Shown: positions 13,133-25,849 of the stretch, in pieces
Layout of the letters: every line of letters starts with the position of its first letter
How positions within the stretch are numbered: position 1 is the first letter of the stretch
DNA from: Octopus bimaculoides
Lineage: Eukaryota
Direction: 5' to 3'
NCBI RefSeq assembly: GCF_001194135.2
Contig: NC_068982.1
Coordinates: forward strand, 156,299,404-156,342,972
Length of the DNA: 43,569 nt
Notes under the pieces: generated by a model
The model's input: the letters and a program-made list of their open reading frames with translations, nothing else
The model's database searches: none
Told to the model about the DNA's origin: nothing
Translations under genes and position numbers: made by a program

Positions 13133-14481
13133 CTAATATTTAGTAGACACACTCATTGTATTTTTCAATGCATGGACCCTAATAGGCATGGTTGGCACTC
13201 CGTCGCTTTCGACGTCGAGGGTTCCATTTGATCCGATCAACGGAACAGCTTGCTCGTGAAATTAATGTGCAAGTGGCTGAGCACTTCACAGACACGTGTA
13301 CCCTTAACGTAGTTCTCGGAAAGCGAATCAGCGTGACACAGAATGTGACGAGGCTGGCCCTTTGAATTACAGGCTCAACAGCAATAGGAAGTAAGAGTGA
13401 GAGAAAGTTGTGGTGAAAGTGTACAGCAGGGTTCACCACAATCCCCTGCCAGAGCCTCGTGGAGTTTTTTTGGTGTTTTTCGCTCAATAAACACTCACAA
13501 CGCCCGGTCTGGGAATCGAAACCGCGATCCTATGACCGCGAGTCTCTGCCCTAACCACTGGGCCATTGCGCTTCCTAATAGGCATGCTACTGATCAGATG
13601 ACGAATATTCTCTTGAGGAATTTCTTGCCAAATTTCACGCAGTAATCTCGCTTTGAGAATGTTTTCTTGTTCTTTTTACGAAATGTCCTGTCCATTAATC
13701 CCCAGAGGGCTCATATCTGGTGACTGGTTTGACCATGGAAGCTTTTTAATGCCATTATCCTCCAGCCAATCTTGAATCTTCTTAGCCGAATGACAAGGCA
13801 CCCTATCTTCTATAAATAATGTGTTTTCTTTAATCAGTTCACCACTAGAGTTGATTATAAGGTGTCCTTTCTGCAATATGGACATATATTTATCTGAGTT
13901 TATCTTTCTCTCACACTCCACCAGCTCTGATATCAACCATTGCTCCAAATTGCTCCCCAGACTATCACAGAATAATCGCCGTGTTTCATTGTTGGCTGCA
14001 AACTTTTCATGTCAAATTCTTGATCACAGAATCTCCAGACCCACACTCGACCACTGTCAGAAAATAAATCAAATCTAGACTCAGCAGAGAACAGTGTCCC
14101 AAAATGATAGTGGCTTCTCCACCATACCACTGGCCCAATCTATCCTCCGCTTGATATTGGCTGGTCGGGATTGTTGCTTCCTTCTGAAGCTCTGCCATAG
14201 TAATGAACTTGTTCTGCTATGTCAAAGGCCTTGCAACAAAGATTATCTTCCATACTTCTCTTCAAAAAGCGAGGGGTCCTGTCAAAGGGCCATGGTCAAC
14301 CTGGGCAAGGTGATGTGGACTCCTTCTCTATGGTGAATTGCACCATCATTCTATTAACTGTAGAAAGCAGAATCCCAAGGTTTCTTGCGATTTTACGCTG
14401 ATTAAATCTACCTTCCGATTGACCCGCAATATGGCATCTTTGAAATTAAGACTGTTTCAAGGCTCCTTTTCTACGTGGCAT
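13133..14481 (-). pseudogene. Tc1 (DD34E-type) transposase pseudogene
   Basis: MPRRKG... start at 14481; FSAESRF (D1 lost), VIVWGAI, FIEDRVPCH, WSNQSPDMSP; C-terminus SM|PIRVHALKNTMSVSTKY* (stop 13133-13135). Several stops and frameshifts. Confidence 0.9.
13191..13575 (-). mobile_element. tRNA-derived SINE, family C, full length, 11-bp TSD TAATAGGCATG
   Basis: Minus-strand head GGAAGCGCAATGGCCCAGTGGTTAGGG (A box) and GGTTTCGATTCCC (B box); TSD at 13180-13190 and 13576-13586. Confidence 0.92.
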
Positions 14482-14602
14482 AATTAAGCAGTCACATAGA
14501 GAACCTGAAATATAAAAATATTAATTAATAAAAAAACACAAACCTTTCCAAGTTAAAATAAACGTAAAACGATGCTTTATGGGTATCTATTTACTTCTGT
14601 CA

Positions 14603-14647
<45 letters not shown>

Positions 14648-15315
14648 NNNNNNNNNNNNNNNNNNNNNNNNNNNNNNNNNNNNNNNNNNNNNNNNNNNNN
14701 NNNNNNNNNNNNNNNNNNNNNNNNNNNNNNNNNNNNNNNNNNNNNNNNNNNNNNNNNNNNNNNNNNNNNNNNNNNNNNNNNNNNNNNNNNNNNNNNNNNN
14801 NNNNNNNNNNNNNNNNNNNNNNNNNNNNNNNNNNNNNNNNNNNNNNNNNNNNNNNNNNNNNNNNNNNNNNNNNNNNNNNNNNNNNNNNNNNNNNNNNNNN
14901 NNNNNNNNNNNNNNNNNNNNNNNNNNNNNNNNNNNNNNNNNNNNNNNNNNNNNNNNNNNNNNNNNNNNNNNNNNNNNNNNNNNNNNNNNNNNNNNNNNNN
15001 NNNNNNNNNNNNNNNNNNNNNNNNNNNNNNNNNNNNNNNNNNNNNNNNNNNNNNNNNNNNNNNNNNNNNNNNNNNNNNNNNNNNNNNNNNNNNNNNNNNN
15101 NNNNNNNNNNNNNNNNNNNNNNNNNNNNNNNNNNNNNNNNNNNNNNNNNNNNNNNNNNNNNNNNNNNNNNNNNNNNNNNNNNNNNNNNNNNNNNNNNNNN
15201 NNNNNNNNNNNNNNNNNNNNNNNNNNNNNNNNNNNNNNNNNNNNNNNNNNNNNNNNNNNNNNNNNNNNNNNNNNNNNNNNNNNNNNNNNNNNNNNNNNNN
15301 NNNNNNNNNNNNNNN

Positions 15316-15356
<41 letters not shown>

Positions 15357-15357
<1 letters not shown>

Positions 15358-15518
15358 GACGAGCTTCTTTCAGTTTCCGTCTACCAAATCCACCTACAAA
15401 GCTTTGGACGGCTCGAGGCTATAGTAGAAAACACTTGCCCAAGGTGCGACGCAGTGGGACGAACCCGGAACCATGTGGCTGGTAAGCAAGCTACTTACCA
15501 CACAGCCACTCCTGCGCT
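15357..15518 (-). mobile_element. SINE family A, 5' half (remainder probably in the gap 14648-15316)
   Basis: Reverse complement GCGCAGGAGTGGCTGTGTGGTAAGTAGC...GGTTCCGGGTTCGTCCCACTGCG...CCTTGGGCAAGTG. Confidence 0.9.
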
Positions 15519-16379
15519 AAATCAATTACCGTTCAAATAGTACAAAATTAAAAGAAAAAACGCAGTGTTACTCAATGAGATGAAGTGCATATTAATTTAA
15601 CTGTGGTGATGAAAAAAAAAAATGAGATGTACCTTTTGCCATTTTGGACATTAATTCTTCATCAGAAAGAAAATGAGGTGAAGGGAAGCGTAGCTATTGT
15701 GAGACATGTCTTGGCGAAGAGGTTACGACAGTGTACAAGAAAGAACAGGGAGGAGAGTGAAGAGAAGCTAAAGGAAAAAGAAAGAAAGGTCACAACATAC
15801 AGCTAAAGTGTATACACACGTACATACATACACTGACGTGCGCGCGCGTTGTGTGTGGTTATGCGTATGTTATACAGAGCACACCGTAGATCGAGCAAAC
15901 TGAAACAAATTTGATTTTAGAATGCTTCGATATGGGCGTTGTAAGAATGTAAACACATTACTACTTTGCCACTAATGTGCGGAACTGAAAGAGATATTAT
16001 CTCTTCCCAGATCTTCCCACTATTCTTTGATCGCTCCTCAGTGAAGATGTATTCGACTTTCATCCCTAATCAACAGTGCTATATAAAGCGGCTAAAAGAC
16101 GGGAAACAGAAGCCGAGTAATTCTTCACTGAGGAACGGTCAGCACACGAGAAGTGGTCCGTCAACAAATTATCTTTCTCTTCTCACCCCATAACATTAAC
16201 ATAGAAACATTGTGCTTGTTAACGGTAAGGCTTCTTAATATATAAACAACCTCAGACTGCACACACACACACACAGAATACGGGTAACAATATGCACATA
16301 CTGATTCATACATACACACATACTGACATATACGCACTCCCGCAGCGAATTAATACAATTTACCCGCAGTGGTAGGATC

Positions 16380-18093
16380 TGTAACGAACGTAAGCCAGGA
16401 ATATAAAAAGCCCAACCCCTCGTCAGAAGTATCTGTCCCTATAAGGAGTGGTTTGTTAAGGTCTTGAGTCGCTAAGTTCATTTTCACAAGTTCTCGTTTG
16501 AGTTTTGATATGATATCTGTAGGCGCCGGAGTTAAGTCATCTTTTTTATGGATTAGATGTATGGTTAGTTCTGAACAAGTCAGAATCCACTTAGCACAAT
16601 ATGCATTAGCTGGTGCTGGTGGTGGTAGTAGTGGATGGTCATCCGATTGGATGGTTCAGTTCCTTCAATGTTGTAGGATTCTTCAAGTTCAATAATGTGT
16701 GATATCTATATCTTTTTAGATCTGGTTTAAGCGATCATTTCTCTATAAAATATCTTAGGAAGTGAATGGATTCTAGCAGCATGGCACTTGATTTGTTATG
16801 ATGCATGCCAGCCTGCTCAGCTGCCTACAGGAATTTGACCACATTACAGTCGTGTTCTTCCTTTGTTTCTGCCCCGATAATGATGCTATCAATCTAACAA
16901 TAGGTTGTTTGAAGAAAATTTTCGTGAATAAGTGAATCCATAATGCGTTGAAAGATGGCATCAGCATAGGTACACTCGAATGACAGGCGAGTAAATTCGA
17001 AGTTTGTTATCGACTTCGAAGGCAGTCAAATGAAAATTTTCTTCACGCAATGGATAGGCTTCTTTTAGATCAATAGTAGATGTGAGGACTCAATGCGATT
17101 ATTTTGTGTAAATAACCACAGTTAGCTGCAGAATAAGCATAAATAGGAATAAAGCAATTTATGGTTTGGTAGAAGCATGATGTGCTTCTACTTTCCTATT
17201 TAATCTTATCTTTCAAAATTCTCTTGATTTCACCTTCGATGGACTCTATGACAATGGTTTCTTCGGGATTTCATAGCGATCAGTATCAAATTAGATATAT
17301 CGACGCCAGGTAGCAGACTTAAACGTTGGTAAATTAATTCCTTATGAGGAACTCAAACAGACATCGGGTCCCTATTACCGTCTAGATTCAACATTACCAC
17401 TTTGTGCAGTCTTAAAAGGTTCATTTTTGATACAATCGGTGACACATCTGACTCAACGGTTTACACTTCTTCTTCGTAATAGCGTCCATCTCACTCTTGC
17501 TTTACTAAATACGCTTCGCGGATCTTAAATTGTCTGTTTTCGGTTAAAAGGATATGCTGTTTTGAGAGGAAGCCCGAATTGTTTTGTCAGACCTCGACAA
17601 ATAAAGGTCCTATATGATATAGTATCCAGTAGAGCGGTTGTCCTCGTTGGCTAATTCAATGGTTAAAGCAATGTTATGTAATGGTCTTAGGTCGTCTTCT
17701 GTAGACTCAAGTAAGCGTTGATGAATAGTCGGTAAATTAATTCCCGAGACGAAAGAGTCGCGAATTAGTAAGTTACGTTGTCGTTCTGTATATGATACAC
17801 TTTGCAAGATTTCTTTCAACTCTAATAGAAAGCCTTGTATTGACTGGTCTCCTCCTTCAGTATAATTACGTAGTCTGTGTGAAGCCATTATAGAAAATGT
17901 TTTCTTGATAAACTTTTATCAAGGAGATTGAGGGCTTCCTGAAATGAGATACACTTTCGACAACTTGATAAGCTTCAGCTCCGCAGAGAACTAAAAGTAC
18001 AACACCCATCATTATACAATACAATTGTATACTAACAAATAAATGCAAATCAAGAAAGCTCGCTGATCAGATCACCAGAACATCAAGGTTACA
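16380..18093 (-). mobile_element. Decayed Gypsy/Ty3-type LTR retrotransposon, gag to RT to start of RNase H
   Basis: gag: QSIQGFLLELK...LIRDSFVSGINLPTIHQRLLE. RT: STIDLKEAY...TAFEVDNK...EFTRLSF...FQRIMD...YC*IDSIII (degenerate YxDD). RNase H start: KPLLIGTDTSDEGLG. No integrase and no LTR pair seen. Confidence 0.88.
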
Positions 18094-18130
18094 CCTACGT
18101 ATATGTATATCTATCTATATATGTATATAT

Positions 18131-18187
18131 TTTAAAAAATAACGTCGACCACTAACGTGGACAATTAGTCGACGTTATTTTTTTAAA
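18131..18187. repeat. Inverted repeat / hairpin, 19-bp arms
   Basis: TTTAAAAAATAACGTCGAC (18131-18149) and GTCGACGTTATTTTTTTAAA (18168-18187, one extra T). Confidence 0.85.
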
Positions 18188-18337
18188 TGTACCTTAATCC
18201 CCTGAGATTGCAGATAATATTTCTGAATCTCTTTGATTCTTTAAATGTGCTGGCCCCCTGATAATTAATCGATATTAATTAATATATTAATATATGACTA
18301 ATTACCAAATCTTATAATTATATATGTATATATATAG

Positions 18338-18440
18338 CCTAGCGGTTCTACAAAAGAATTGAATAGGTGCTAGGGCCGATTTGTTCTATTAATCCCTTCG
18401 AAGTGATGACCAGCAAATTCACGGTCCAGTGTTTGAAAGA
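18338..18440 (+). mobile_element. SINE family A, 3' remnant
   Basis: TAGCGGTTCTACAAAAGA...GCCGATTTGTTCTATTAA resembles the 3' halves at 4670-4770 and 39710-39830. Confidence 0.55.
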
Positions 18441-18445
18441 ACACA

Positions 18446-18482
<37 letters not shown>

Positions 18483-18683
18483 ACTCACACACACATACAT
18501 GTCTCGATGTATGTGAATTTGTTTGCTCCTATCTGACGAGCGACACGTCGTAAAATTCATGTCGCGAGAAGTAATAGTTTAAATACACCATTTTCTCAAT
18601 AATATATGCATTGAGTTCTCTCGTCCTCATTTGTGCTCCACAAAAGTCAATGTTGGACATTGAAATTCACCACCCACTCTATA

Positions 18684-18746
18684 CATGTATGTATGTATGT
18701 ATGTATGTATGCATGTATGTATGTATGTATGTATGTATGTATGTAT
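18684..18746. repeat. (TGTA)n microsatellite
   Basis: Direct. Confidence 0.95.
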
Positions 18747-19577
18747 ATTATGATGAATATAGTTATTCGCAAGAAGGCATATACACGAGTGTGTGGGAAT
18801 GTGTTCGCAGTGTTTGTATGTATGAGAAATAGCGAGTATATGTTTTACTTCGCATCAGTTTGCAAATATTGTGAAATAAATTTAGGTAAAATGTAAATAA
18901 AGCGGAAATGAACACCATAGTATACATATAGAGGAGTTATTTAAAATTCTGGCTTATAAACCGCCAAAGGCGATTTACGTCTTTTGTAGATTTCCATTCA
19001 TTTATGTGTGTCGTGGTTGAGGTATCGCATTTCATTGCTANNNNNNNNNNNNNNNNNNNNNNNNNNNNNNNNNNNNNNNNNNNNNNNNNNNNNNNNNNNN
19101 NNNNNNNNNNNNNNNNNNNNNNNNNNNNNNNNNNNNNNNNNNNNNNNNNNNNNNNNNNNNNNNNNNNNNNNNNNNNNNNNNNNNNNNNNNNNNNNNNNNN
19201 NNNNNNNNNNNNNNNNNNNNNNNNNNNNNNNNNNNNNNNNNNNNNNNNNNNNNNNNNNNNNNNNNNNNNNNNNNNNNNNNNNNNNNNNNNNNNNNNNNNN
19301 NNNNNNNNNNNNNNNNNNNNNNNNNNNNNNNNNNNNNNNNNNNNNNNNNNNNNNNNNNNNNNNNNNNNNNNNNNNNNNNNNNNNNNNNNNNNNNNNNNNN
19401 NNNNNNNNNNNNNNNNNNNNNNNNNNNNNNNNNNNNNNNNNNNNNNNNNNNNNNNNNNNNNNNNNNNNNNNNNNNNNNNNNNNNNNNNNNNNNNNNNNNN
19501 NNNNNNNNNNNNNNNNNNNNNNNNNNNNNNNNNNNNNNNNNNNNNNNNNNNNNNNNNNNNNNNNNNNNNNNNNNNNN

Positions 19578-19641
<64 letters not shown>

Positions 19642-19975
19642 CGCGTGTGTATGTGTGTGCATTTATAAGTACTTTTATAAACACGTATGCATATTTGTAC
19701 ATAAATACATATCTATTGGTATAAATATGTATGTATACGTGTCTATGTGCGTGTTTGCGGACTAGCCTACACGCACACTCACAATATATATATATATATA
19801 TATACATGTACTTTATTATGTATGTATACATGTGTTAAATATATGTAAATAAGTTGTGTATAACTATAAAATTGCGTCTTAGTAGGGTGCCTCTGTTTTA
19901 CTCAGACGTTAACAGTAAAATAATTCAAATAGATGAACACACGTCTCTCCCCCTTGCATTCCTTCTCTCAATCCC

Positions 19976-20028
<53 letters not shown>

Positions 20029-21008
20029 NNNNNNNNNNNNNNNNNNNNNNNNNNNNNNNNNNNNNNNNNNNNNNNNNNNNNNNNNNNNNNNNNNNNNNNN
20101 NNNNNNNNNNNNNNNNNNNNNNNNNNNNNNNNNNNNNNNNNNNNNNNNNNNNNNNNNNNNNNNNNNNNNNNNNNNNNNNNNNNNNNNNNNNNNNNNNNNN
20201 NNNNNNNNNNNNNNNNNNNNNNNNNNNNNNNNNNNNNNNNNNNNNNNNNNNNNNNNNNNNNNNNNNNNNNNNNNNNNNNNNNNNNNNNNNNNNNNNNNNN
20301 NNNNNNNNNNNNNNNNNNNNNNNNNNNNNNNNNNNNNNNNNNNNNNNNNNNNNNNNNNNNNNNNNNNNNNNNNNNNNNNNNNNNNNNNNNNNNNNNNNNN
20401 NNNNNNNNNNNNNNNNNNNNNNNNNNNNNNNNNNNNNNNNNNNNNNNNNNNNNNNNNNNNNNNNNNNNNNNNNNNNNNNNNNNNNNNNNNNNNNNNNNNN
20501 NNNNNNNNNNNNNNNNNNNNNNNNNNNNNNNNNNNNNNNNNNNNNNNNNNNNNNNNNNNNNNNNNNNNNNNNNNNNNNNNNNNNNNNNNNNNNNNNNNNN
20601 NNNNNNNNNNNNNNNNNNNNNNNNNNNNNNNNNNNNNNNNNNNNNNNNNNNNNNNNNNNNNNNNNNNNNNNNNNNNNNNNNNNNNNNNNNNNNNNNNNNN
20701 NNNNNNNNNNNNNNNNNNNNNNNNNNNNNNNNNNNNNNNNNNNNNNNNNNNNNNNNNNNNNNNNNNNNNNNNNNNNNNNNNNNNNNNNNNNNNNNNNNNN
20801 NNNNNNNNNNNNNNNNNNNNNNNNNNNNNNNNNNNNNNNNNNNNNNNNNNNNNNNNNNNNNNNNNNNNNNNNNNNNNNNNNNNNNNNNNNNNNNNNNNNN
20901 NNNNNNNNNNNNNNNNNNNNNNNNNNNNNNNNNNNNNNNNNNNNNNNNNNNNNNNNNNNNNNNNNNNNNNNNNNNNNNNNNNNNNNNNNNNNNNNNNNNN
21001 NNNNNNNN

Positions 21009-21059
<51 letters not shown>

Positions 21060-21080
21060 TTATATAAATATGTATATGTG

Positions 21081-21111
<31 letters not shown>

Positions 21112-22449
21112 ATGTATAGAGATGTATATACATACATAATTATGCGCATGCACAGTCATATATATATATGTATATATACATACATTTTCTATTCTGTTAT
21201 TTATATTATTTCATTGCTATAATACTAGTACACTAAATATAGTGAGTCTGCTAAATTGATTCGTTAGTATAACATAATATCATGGAGGTTTACACATATT
21301 AATAAATTAATCACAGAAACACTGACATTTTCTACCTTACATGTAGTTTGGTACGAGGTAAAACTTTTTCAGTAGACAGCGAATCGGCCGCTATATTGTG
21401 ATAAATGAAATCAAGTCTGTGTTCCTGTCCATGGAAATAATCCAAATGCTTTGTGTTACTCCATTTAGTGACAATGTATCAATATTGATCAAAACGTGTA
21501 TACCAAATGGTGTTTTAGCACTTATGGAAATCAAACTAGAATTAAGCAGGTGAAAGATCATTTTTATAAAAAAGAAATTGTGAAGTAGGCCTTTGATGGT
21601 TGAAATCATTTTCTTTTGAGTTCATCGGATCACCATAATCAAAAATAAGCTAAACCTGGTATCAATCCTGTACGGCATGACGTCTAACACATACTGTGAC
21701 GTGAACTTATAATTATCGTTTAAGAAATATGTAATATGTTAGTATGATCAATGAATTATAACAGAAAAGTAGACAATATTTGTAAAGTTTGTAATGGAAC
21801 AGACTGCAAATTAATACATAAGGATGAAGCTTCGAAGACCACCATTTGCTTGAAGAGCAAATGAAAAAGTGTTGGAACAGAAGTCGAAGAAGCTTTAAAT
21901 AACTGCAATGTTGCTATTCAGTTAGCAACTATTAACAGCTGGGAGTTAGAGAATTACAATTATAAAATGTGATGAAGAGTCATCGCTTACATAGACACAT
22001 GAATTATGAAAATAGCAACCGACTTTCTCTTAACTTTTACCGTCAATATCTTTAAAATTTGTAGGCTTCGGATTCCTTAGGTGCACAGCAAGACACAGAA
22101 GTTCCACGCTCTATTTTTCCCCATCATTAACTACATTCATATTTTCTATCATTCCCCTTCTTTTCATTTCGTAATGGTATTCAATCAAATATTTTGTAGT
22201 CATCGTGCAACTCTTTCCTTTTCCAGTGCAGATATGGTAAGGTACTCCCTACCATGTATAAAAATTATAATATCTAAATCTAACACTACATTGTAAGATA
22301 TACGCTGTTGAAAATAGGAAGGACAAGATGGAATATCGCTTGAACGCATTTTAGTTTAGATTTTCTCAATTAGAGCTTGCCTACGGTTAAACAACAATGC
22401 GTTATTAGAGTACAAAAAATATCTATTCAAGAAAATGGTATTTCTAAAA

Positions 22450-23000
22450 CCTAAAGAAGCTATTCATGTTAATTTATGATAAATACATTTTGAAGCACAA
22501 TACTAAGCAGAAATACCAAGTGTGTGGAAATTTGATGAGACGAGGGACAACATGGATGCTAATATCAGAATATCAAAAGATATGACAGAGTTGCTATCTA
22601 CCTATAGAAGGTATTGGAAGGTACGAAGTAGGCCTAGTTGTAGAAGAATCCTGTGTCCAATAGACTGTGATAGCGAATGAAATTGTGAAAATACAGACAC
22701 ACAAGGAGATAACTGAGAAGCAAAGGGACATCATTAAAACAGACAAACTATTTAGTTCATGCACACTTATTTATGTGGATTGACCAAACAACAAGTAAAT
22801 CTCAGTAAAGGAGGTTGAGAAACTTTTAAAATATAAAGACCTGTATTTGGAAATAGAGTGAATGTGCAATGTAGATCCAAAAATAGTCCGAAGTTGCGAA
22901 ATAGGGTATAGAAAAAATATTCGTAAAACAACTTGAAAGTGCTTCCGTAAATGAGATGCAGTAAATAACATTCATTCAGAAGAGCCCCATAATCTGCATA
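22450..23000 (+). mobile_element. Old R4/Dong-like RLE retrotransposon 3' fragment
   Basis: YQVCG (degenerate CCHC) near 22515 and KEVEKLLKYKDLYLEIE*M at about 22808-22863. Confidence 0.65.
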
Positions 23001-23299
23001 AAACATCTATTGTGCTGAAAATAAAATTCCTAGTATTTTGTAGCCACTTGGAAGTTCGGGATAGAGCGTAAGAAAACTGACATGATCCAGCGGCTCAGTT
23101 TATAGAACACTGGGCAGCAGGACCTGTCAGGTTGAACTTGCCTTTCAAGGTGTCCTCATTGCTTCTGTCATCCTCACATGCTCTCTGAAAACGATACCTG
23201 CCAAACTTGCGTGCTGTCTTACACCATTATCGTAACGTTTTTTGCATATATAAGCACGGATTTATCGCTTACTATTCGAGTAGAATACTCCTTAAAACC

Positions 23300-23520
23300 T
23301 CTAGTTTCTGAAGTATTGTTTTGATTGTTGGTATACACACAAGAAATGAGAGAGAACACCCTTAACAGACCGAATGTGGGGTTCGACACAGTTCACATAG
23401 GTATTCAATTAGTTTGACTACTGAATAAATACTGCTATACATTAAAACGATCCAGTCTCTGGAATGGGATCGAAACCAGCTGCCTTGGAGACAGCCATCA
23501 AATAACGATATATCCAATCA
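23300..23520 (-). mobile_element. Possible further tRNA-derived SINE relic
   Basis: Minus-strand B-box-like GGTTTCGATCCC at about 23465-23477. The body resembles a repeat I recall from octopus DNA; unverified. Confidence 0.35.
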
Positions 23521-24085
23521 CTAAAGCAGGGGTCCTCACCCACCCTCTCTACGATGTAATGTGTGAAGTGTAATTTGTAGTAGATAGACCTACCTGGGAT
23601 CGCTCAGAGCTGTGCTTTCGCGACTATATTGCCAGCTGCTAGGCAAAATCTTGATCACGGTAATGAGTAGTTATGACGTGAGAAATCGATAAGCGCTATT
23701 TGTTTTCATCTTCAGCAGCACCATTATTTCCATCTCACAGATCCAAGAATCTTCTCATCCTGTTGTAAAGAATGCTTTGTCAGTCCCATGGCGGAGAGGA
23801 TTTCTTTCAAAGGACCACCACCAAAGTGTTTTTCTTAACTCCTCCTGAAACGTTCTTATGATTCGTGGAAAATTTTACACTGGGTGCCACTGGTTTACTT
23901 TTGATATTTATAAAAGTTTTGGAGAATAAGATTCTCCAAATCTTTCCTTCCTTTTTCGCATACTTTTGTGTGTATTTTCCTTTGATTTTAATAAGTTCAT
24001 CGCTGATTTTTATTTACAATTGTAGAGTTGAGGAGGGATGGTTCTTTCGTACTTAGCTGTTCTTGTTGCCGCTTTTGATATGTTG

Positions 24086-24291
24086 ATTTTATTTCTTTAT
24101 TACCCACAGGGGGCTAAATATAGAGGGGAGAAACAAAGACAGACAAAGGGATAAAGTCGATTACATCGACTCCAGTGCGTAACTGGTACTTATTTAATCG
24201 ACCCCGAACGGATGAAAGGCAAAGTCGACCTCGGCGGAATTTGAACTCAGAACGTAACGGCAGGCGAAATACCGCTCAGCATTTCGCCGCC
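24086..24291 (-). mobile_element. SINE family B, young copy with a deletion in the tRNA head
   Basis: Closely matches 37337-37558; possible TSD TATGTTG (24079-24085, 24294-24300). Confidence 0.92.
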
Positions 24292-24772
24292 TTTATGTTG
24301 TTTCTTTTGGTGTTTTTGTTGTGATTGCTGTCTTATGTGTTTACATGTAGTTGAGTTTGGTTTTAGTCTGGTTGCAAATTTGACTTGCAGTGTGTATGTG
24401 TTTGTGTATTGAGGGAATGGGAGTGGTGGTGGTGACATGTTGTTCGCATTCTCCTGACCCTTGAGGCGGCGTTGGTGTTTTTCTTAGCTCACCTTGACGA
24501 CAACTACCTCTTTTGACATTTTTCGATTTAGTCGTGCGTCGAGGTTTTGGGGCCGGAAAAGCACCGGAAAGATGAAAAAGATATATGTGATTGCACGAGT
24601 GTATACATGGGTGTGTGCATGCGTGTATTTTTGTTTTAGCGAAATTGTTGGAGGAGTATGACGTATTGATTGCTATGTGATGGCGATCTATTTGTTAACC
24701 CAGGTTTTGTTAAAAGTGACAAGATTGAAAGTGTTGTAGATCTTCACTCTGCATTTGTCATTGTTATACGGT

Positions 24773-25284
24773 TTCCACTCAACACCGACAGAACGATCCA
24801 AGCTAATCGATCAGACATAGTCATTAAAGACGTTAAAAATACTTGTAGACTAAAAGATGTAAGTATTCCGACTGATAAAAATATATCTGTAAAAGAATTT
24901 TACAACTAAGTAAATATAAGGACCTAGAAATTGAAATACAAAAGATGTGGCATCTTAAGGCGAGAACTGTTCCTGTTATTACGGGTGCTCTAGGTATGAT
25001 AAGAAAGGGATGTCAGAAACATCTAGATAATATCCCGGAAGAACTATGTCTCAAAGAAATCCAAAAGATTGTGCTGGCAGGTACTGCCCACATCCTTAGA
25101 AAAACCCTATCAATTTAAATGTCTGTGTTATATTACATGATATTTCGCTACTGCCCCTGCCACTTCTCTCCTCCCAAGCTTTCAGTTCATACTGTAGCAT
25201 CTCTTGTTCTTCACTCGCCCTAGGACACTGGGTGTGTCTCGGCGAATGATTGTAACAAACATGCAGACTAAAAGTGAAAAATAA
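24773..25284 (+). mobile_element. R4/Dong-like non-LTR retrotransposon 3' end (copy a): RLE domain and 3' UTR
   Basis: FPLNTDRTIQANRSDIVIKD...DVSIPTDKN..KE...SKYKDLEIEIQKMWHLKARTVPVITGALG...GTAHILRKTLSI*, followed by an (AAT)n tail. Confidence 0.92.
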
Positions 25285-25342
25285 AATAATAATATTAATA
25301 ATAATGATAACAACAACAACAACAACAACAACAATAATAATG

Positions 25343-25415
<73 letters not shown>

Positions 25416-25447
25416 CAACAACAGCAACAGCAAATAATAATATTATT
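25285..25447 (+). repeat. (AAT)n/(AAC)n tract, tail of copy a
   Basis: Direct. Confidence 0.95.
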
Positions 25448-25849
25448 ATGTCGAGCTGTCCTAGCTGTCGAAAATTGAAAATGTAAAGAGATCCCTCAAA
25501 ACAGATACTTTTTTAGTATTACACCATTTCTTCACAACAATCAAAATAAGAGAAATATGAATGACAGTATTTGATTGTGTCGTCTCATGAAACGCTAAAA
25601 GAAAGGAAGAAACAGCAACAACGAGCCAAAGAACACAATGGACGACTTATACAAATGATCAATGCAGCGTGTTAAAAATAATGGAAGTTAGCGATAGCAA
25701 TTTTAAGGGTATAGATATTATATTTAGCGCAATACAATATTATATTTGATCAATATCAGCAAGTCTTACTGTTGCTACTACTGGAATCCAACAACAATTT
25801 TTGATAACAGCTGAACAGTAAATTGAATATAGATGTATAAATCATTTTG

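Larger units (their letters stand above)
13029..14608 (-). mobile_element. Tc1 DNA transposon with both TIRs and TA target duplication, carrying a nested SINE
   Basis: Left end TA|CACAGACATAACAGAAGTAAATAGACACC (13029-13057). Reverse complement of the right end: TA|CACAGATGACAGAAGTAAATAGATACC (14582-14608). Transposase lies between them. Confidence 0.92.

Noticed and set aside
13505-13575. tRNA gene
   Set aside because: A and B boxes are present, but the sequence continues into a SINE body with a TSD and no full cloverleaf is evident. The same applies to the other SINE heads.
16380-18093. Ginger-type DNA transposon (TGT...ACA termini)
   Set aside because: The interior encodes gag, RT and RNase H rather than an integrase-like transposase.
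23525-23900. hAT element suggested by CAGGGGTCCTCA
   Set aside because: No matching second TIR, TSD or transposase motif was found.
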